Source of the DNA: Catajapyx aquilonaris
Taxonomy: Eukaryota
Reading direction: 5' to 3'
Assembly: GCA_000934665.2 (NCBI GenBank)
Contig: JYFJ02002798.1
Location: 1-50,674 of the forward strand
DNA: 50,674 nucleotides
In this document: positions 47,401 through 50,674 of the stretch, piece after piece
How the letters are laid out: each line of letters starts with the position of its first letter
Numbering within the stretch: position 1 is the stretch's first letter
Made by a program: the position numbers and the translations under genes
Notes under the pieces: model-generated
What the model saw: the letters and a program-made list of their open reading frames with translations, nothing else
Told to the model about the DNA's origin: nothing
The model's database searches: none

Positions 47401-50284
47401 AGTCTGGACAGAGAGAAACAACCGGTGGTCAAAGCACAGCTGGTGGCAGCAGACACGCCACAAGGAGGTTCTAATCAGAAGAAAGGGTTCGCCAACCTGA
47501 TCGTGGAAGTACTAGACGTCAACGACAACTCACCGACGTTCTCGCAGCCTGCATACACTGCAGTCGTCACCGAAAACGCAGTGTTGGGCACCGTAGTCAC
47601 AAAAGTGTCAGCGACCGATCCGGATGACAGTCACAACGGACAGGTCAGTAGCGCTTATGTAAACTGGTGAATCTGTTGCCAAAATTTGGCAACACTTATC
47701 TTCTAATACGCTATTTCTCTCCGTCCGATGTTTGTCCGACCTGATAATAGGCCTACCGCGCTGGATTTTCCATGTGGTACTATTCTTCACTCATAGATGA
47801 CGTACCCTTCCTCTGCACTATCCTACCACTCTCAAGTCGCGCGGGAGATAGTGGTACTATCAGGTCGGACAAACATCCTACGCGATGGAGAGAAATAGCG
47901 TGTTAGAAGAAAAGATTGTCTCACTTATTTGTTGGGTTTACCTGCAGGTTGAGTACTCTTTGGTTGGCGGTGCTGAGCTGTCGGGATACTTGAGCGTACA
48001 CAACACCACTGGAGAAGTGCTGGTTCAGAAAGCGCTGACTGGAAAGGGCAGGTCACAACCGTACCTGCTGACCTTGAGGGCACAGGATTTGGGGGACACA
48101 CCATTGAGTGCAGAAGTTCCTCTGAGGGTGTTTGTAGGAGATGTGTCACCCAACGATGGTGTACCGTCTTTTCTCAAGCCCGGTGCAGACGACATGGCCT
48201 ATGTTACCGAGGTACGACTAATATCAGTACAAAAAGGAACTGGTATAAAAATATGAATATATTTCTCAGAATTCTCCAATTGGTACGTCGGTCTTCCAAG
48301 TGATCGCGACCGACCCGGATGACCCTAGGTCACCTAATGGCAAAGTGTCGTACAAGTTCCTGGAGGAAGGAAGCGTGCCATTTCATATCGGTAAGCATCC
48401 ATTGTACTTAAGGTCTTACCAGCAGTGTAATGTACCGGTGCTGTTACCGCCTAGATTCTCACAACGGTCTGATCACAACATCGATCGTGCTGGACAGAGA
48501 AGAGAGGTCAAACTACACCCTGGTCGTGGTGGCCCACGACATGGGCACACCTCGACAGCAAGCAACCAGGTTGCTTGTGGTGGCTGTGAGAGACGTGGAC
48601 GACAACGTGCCCAAGTTCACCTCTCAGCAGAGGCAGGTACCGCTGGAACTGGAGGTCACAGAAGAGGTGCCGATGGGCACCCTGGTAGGAAAAGTGACAG
48701 CAGTGGATCAGGACGAAGGAGACAACGCCAAGATCGACTACGCCATTATATGTGAGATGATAAGTTGCAATACCTAACCTATAACCACCTTCTTATATCA
48801 TAAAGGGTCCATTTAGGATAAATCTAACATAACCCAACCTTTATGTTTCAGCTGGGAACGACAATGGAGCGTTCCAGATCCGTCGAACGGACAGTAGCGA
48901 CGGTGAAATAACAGTGAACACTCGGATCGACCGTGAGCAAGTGTCCGAATTCAAGCTGATTGTGGTCTGCTTCCCGGTGGAGAAGGACAGGACGAGGCAT
49001 GCCAGACCACTTCTGGAAACCAACCCGGAGTCTCAGATTGAGGTCCGGATAAGGGTGAGAGACGTGGACGACAATCCGCCAGAGTTCAGCACCAAAGAAG
49101 TGACGGTGGGTGTCCGTCTGACCGCTCCTGTCAACACGGAGCTGTCCCGGATTGTGGCCAACGACCCAGATCCGGACGCGTCTCCTCTCAAGTACGAGTT
49201 GGTCAACACGACCTTCGTGCGACCCGATGGACCTAGGGAGGAAATGGCTTCTCCTCAGGGTGCAGTGGCGGTACATCCGGACACAGGATCTCTCACAACT
49301 GCAGCAAGTCTTGCCCCATTCGTCGACGGGCATTTCAGGTACACACGTGCCTAATAATGACACCACAAAATGTGTTTAATAATACAATGCAAATGACATT
49401 TTGTAGCCTAATTTAAAAAGTTCGAGCATGTGCCATAAGACACATGTGCTGCCGTACTACACAATGTGTCATACTGCACAGTGTGTCGTACTGCACAGTG
49501 TGTCGTACTGCACAATGTGTCATACTGCACCGTGTGTCATACTGCACAATGTGTCGTACTACACAATATGTCGTACTACACTATGTGTCATACTCCAGTG
49601 TGTCGTACTACATAATGTGTCGTGTGTCATACTGCACAGTGTGTCGTGCGGCACAATGTGTCATACTGCACCGTGTGTCATACTGCACAATGTGTCGTAC
49701 TACACAATGTGTCGTACTACACAATATGTCGTACTACGCAATGTGTCGTACTACACAATATGTCGTACTACACAATGTGTCATACTCCAGTGTGTCGTAC
49801 TACATAATGTGTCGTGTGTCATACTGCACAGTGTGTCGTGCGGCACATGCATCATGCAAGTCCTCCGTGTCACCATGGGTTCAAACAAGTCTGACGGTAT
49901 ACTTCCAGGCTTCTGCTGAAGGCATCGGCTAGTGATGGGTACGGACCAGTGGCAACGACACTGGTGAAAGTGTTTGTGCTTCGAGACCACGACCTGCTCA
50001 AGTTCGTGTTCAGCAAGCCCCCCAACGAGGTGAGGAAGGTCCTTCCCGAGTTCAGGTCAGCCGTGGAGAGGGCCCTGGTTCTGCCCGTGACCCTGAACGT
50101 GTACGACACCCAGTTCTTCTCCAAGGAGGACGGGAGCCTCGACTTCAGCAGCACCAGCTCCTGCTTCCAGGTGGTCAGCGGGGACAGGTCATTTCACCTC
50201 AACGAGATGGAGTCGCTGGTCATGGACGACCAGAACCAGGACCTGGCCAATGTCTATGACCAATACGGGGTCCTCTCAATCGAG
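41447..50284 (+). CDS. Cad74A: Cadherin-23-like non-classical cadherin (Cad74A type), 3'-incomplete: TM and cytoplasmic exons lie beyond the window
   Basis: 19 GT-AG exons spliced by hand with consistent phases: 41447-41623, 41727-41871, 42505-42719, 42790-43065, 43265-43489, 43900-44035, 44097-44527, 44588-44875, 44982-45256, 45414-45553, 45683-45909, 46122-46249, 46318-46627, 47014-47643, 47948-48211, 48270-48390, 48455-48751, 48852-49338, 49909-50284 (5148 nt, 1716 codons). Signal peptide, then NRIPFF...EDTPVGS, then ~14 EC repeats (LDRE/LDYE, DxNDNxP, AxDxD), then LLKFVFSKPPNEV...SLDFSSTSSCFQ. The Cad74A label rests on recalled similarity to the Drosophila protein. Confidence 0.92.
42276..42418. 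mobile_element. 143-bp intronic MITE (TA or GTAC target, Tc1/mariner-like)
   Basis: 38-bp inverted repeats GTACTATAACACGCAAAAAGATTGT(C/T)GCACTGTATCCG with 1 mismatch. Confidence 0.9.
45915..45952 (+). mobile_element. Very short insertion with AATAAA, (CAAA)n tail and 16-bp TSD, probably a 5'-truncated retroposon
   Basis: TATTGCAATAAA(CAAA)n flanked by AACTCCTGGTTGTAAG (45899-45914) and AACTCTTGGTTGTAAG (45953-45968). Confidence 0.65.
46647..46798. mobile_element. ~150-bp intronic MITE
   Basis: TGGGGTGAGATTGTGCCATCGCA (46651-46673) versus the reverse complement of 46761-46783 (22/23 match). Confidence 0.8.
46820..46998 (+). mobile_element. Intronic copy of the 'TAGATGGCG' dispersed family
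   Basis: Homologous to 41218-41371 (reverse complement), 23950-24038 and 24952-25003 (gatgactcacc.tggacaaacaga.gcacaga). Confidence 0.7.
47699..47910. mobile_element. ~210-bp intronic MITE
   Basis: TIRs TCTTCTAATACGCTATTTCTCTCC..GATGTTTGTCCGACCTGATA and TATCAGGTCGGACAAACATC..GGAGAGAAATAGCGTGTTAGAAGA. Confidence 0.85.
49428..49850. repeat. Intronic 17-bp minisatellite with a ~192-bp internal duplication
   Basis: Unit ~TGTGTCRTACTRCACAR. The variant block catactccagtgtgtcgtactacataatg..cggcaca recurs at 49589 and 49781. Confidence 0.92.
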
Positions 50285-50394
50285 GTCAGACTATTTTATA
50301 TCATTCTGGAGAAGTTATGAATACACATTCATTGTCGATTTATTAACAGTTTAGTCATAAGCAGTTACGGTGCTTTTATTGTCTATGAGCTATT

Positions 50395-50674
50395 ACAGTA
50401 TATTATGCAAGTATTGTGTCATATTAGCTATTATGTATTACATGTCATATTAGCTATTATGTATTATATGTCATATTAGTTACTATTAATATGCACCATA
50501 TTAGCTATTGTGTATTATGTCATATTAGTTATTATTAATATGCATCATATTAGCTATTGTGTATTATGTCATATTAGTTATTATTAATATGCATCATATT
50601 AGCTATTGTGTATTATGTCATATTAGTTATTATTAATATGCATCATATCAGCTATTATAATATGCATCACATTA
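50395..50674. repeat. Intronic AT-rich 49-bp tandem repeat (24+25-bp subunits)
   Basis: CATATTAGTTATTATTAATATGCATCATATTAGCTATTGTGTATTATGT at 50521, 50570 and 50619. Runs to the window end. Confidence 0.92.

Noticed and set aside
49428..49932. Cys/His-rich 162-163-aa ORFs
   Set aside because: They are translations of the 17-bp intronic minisatellite.
42543..50154. Antisense and alternative-frame ORFs over cadherin exons
   Set aside because: Shadow ORFs of GC-rich coding sequence.

Overview
Eukaryotic genomic DNA, most likely an arthropod: short GT-AG introns, interstitial (TTAGG)n and arthropod-type genes. Two protein-coding genes are divergently oriented. (1) A neurogenin/tap bHLH gene on the minus strand has a single-exon CDS at 28636-29496, a non-coding first exon at ~31282-31370 and a TATA box at 31396-31403. 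(2) A CDH23-like/Cad74A-type cadherin on the plus strand has 19 phase-consistent coding exons at 41447-50284 (1716 codons, ~14 EC repeats plus a membrane-adjacent domain) and continues beyond the window. The first ~28 kb has no recognisable gene. It and the introns are full of small non-autonomous DNA elements: piggyBac-like and 7-bp-TSD foldback MITEs, head-to-tail Helitron-like elements, a nested hAT-like composite, and a MITE that has grown an internal 52-bp satellite with a 268-bp higher-order repeat. A triple-palindrome foldback sits in the neurogenin proximal promoter. Most short ORFs in the track are spurious. All family assignments come from motifs and recall, not database searches.
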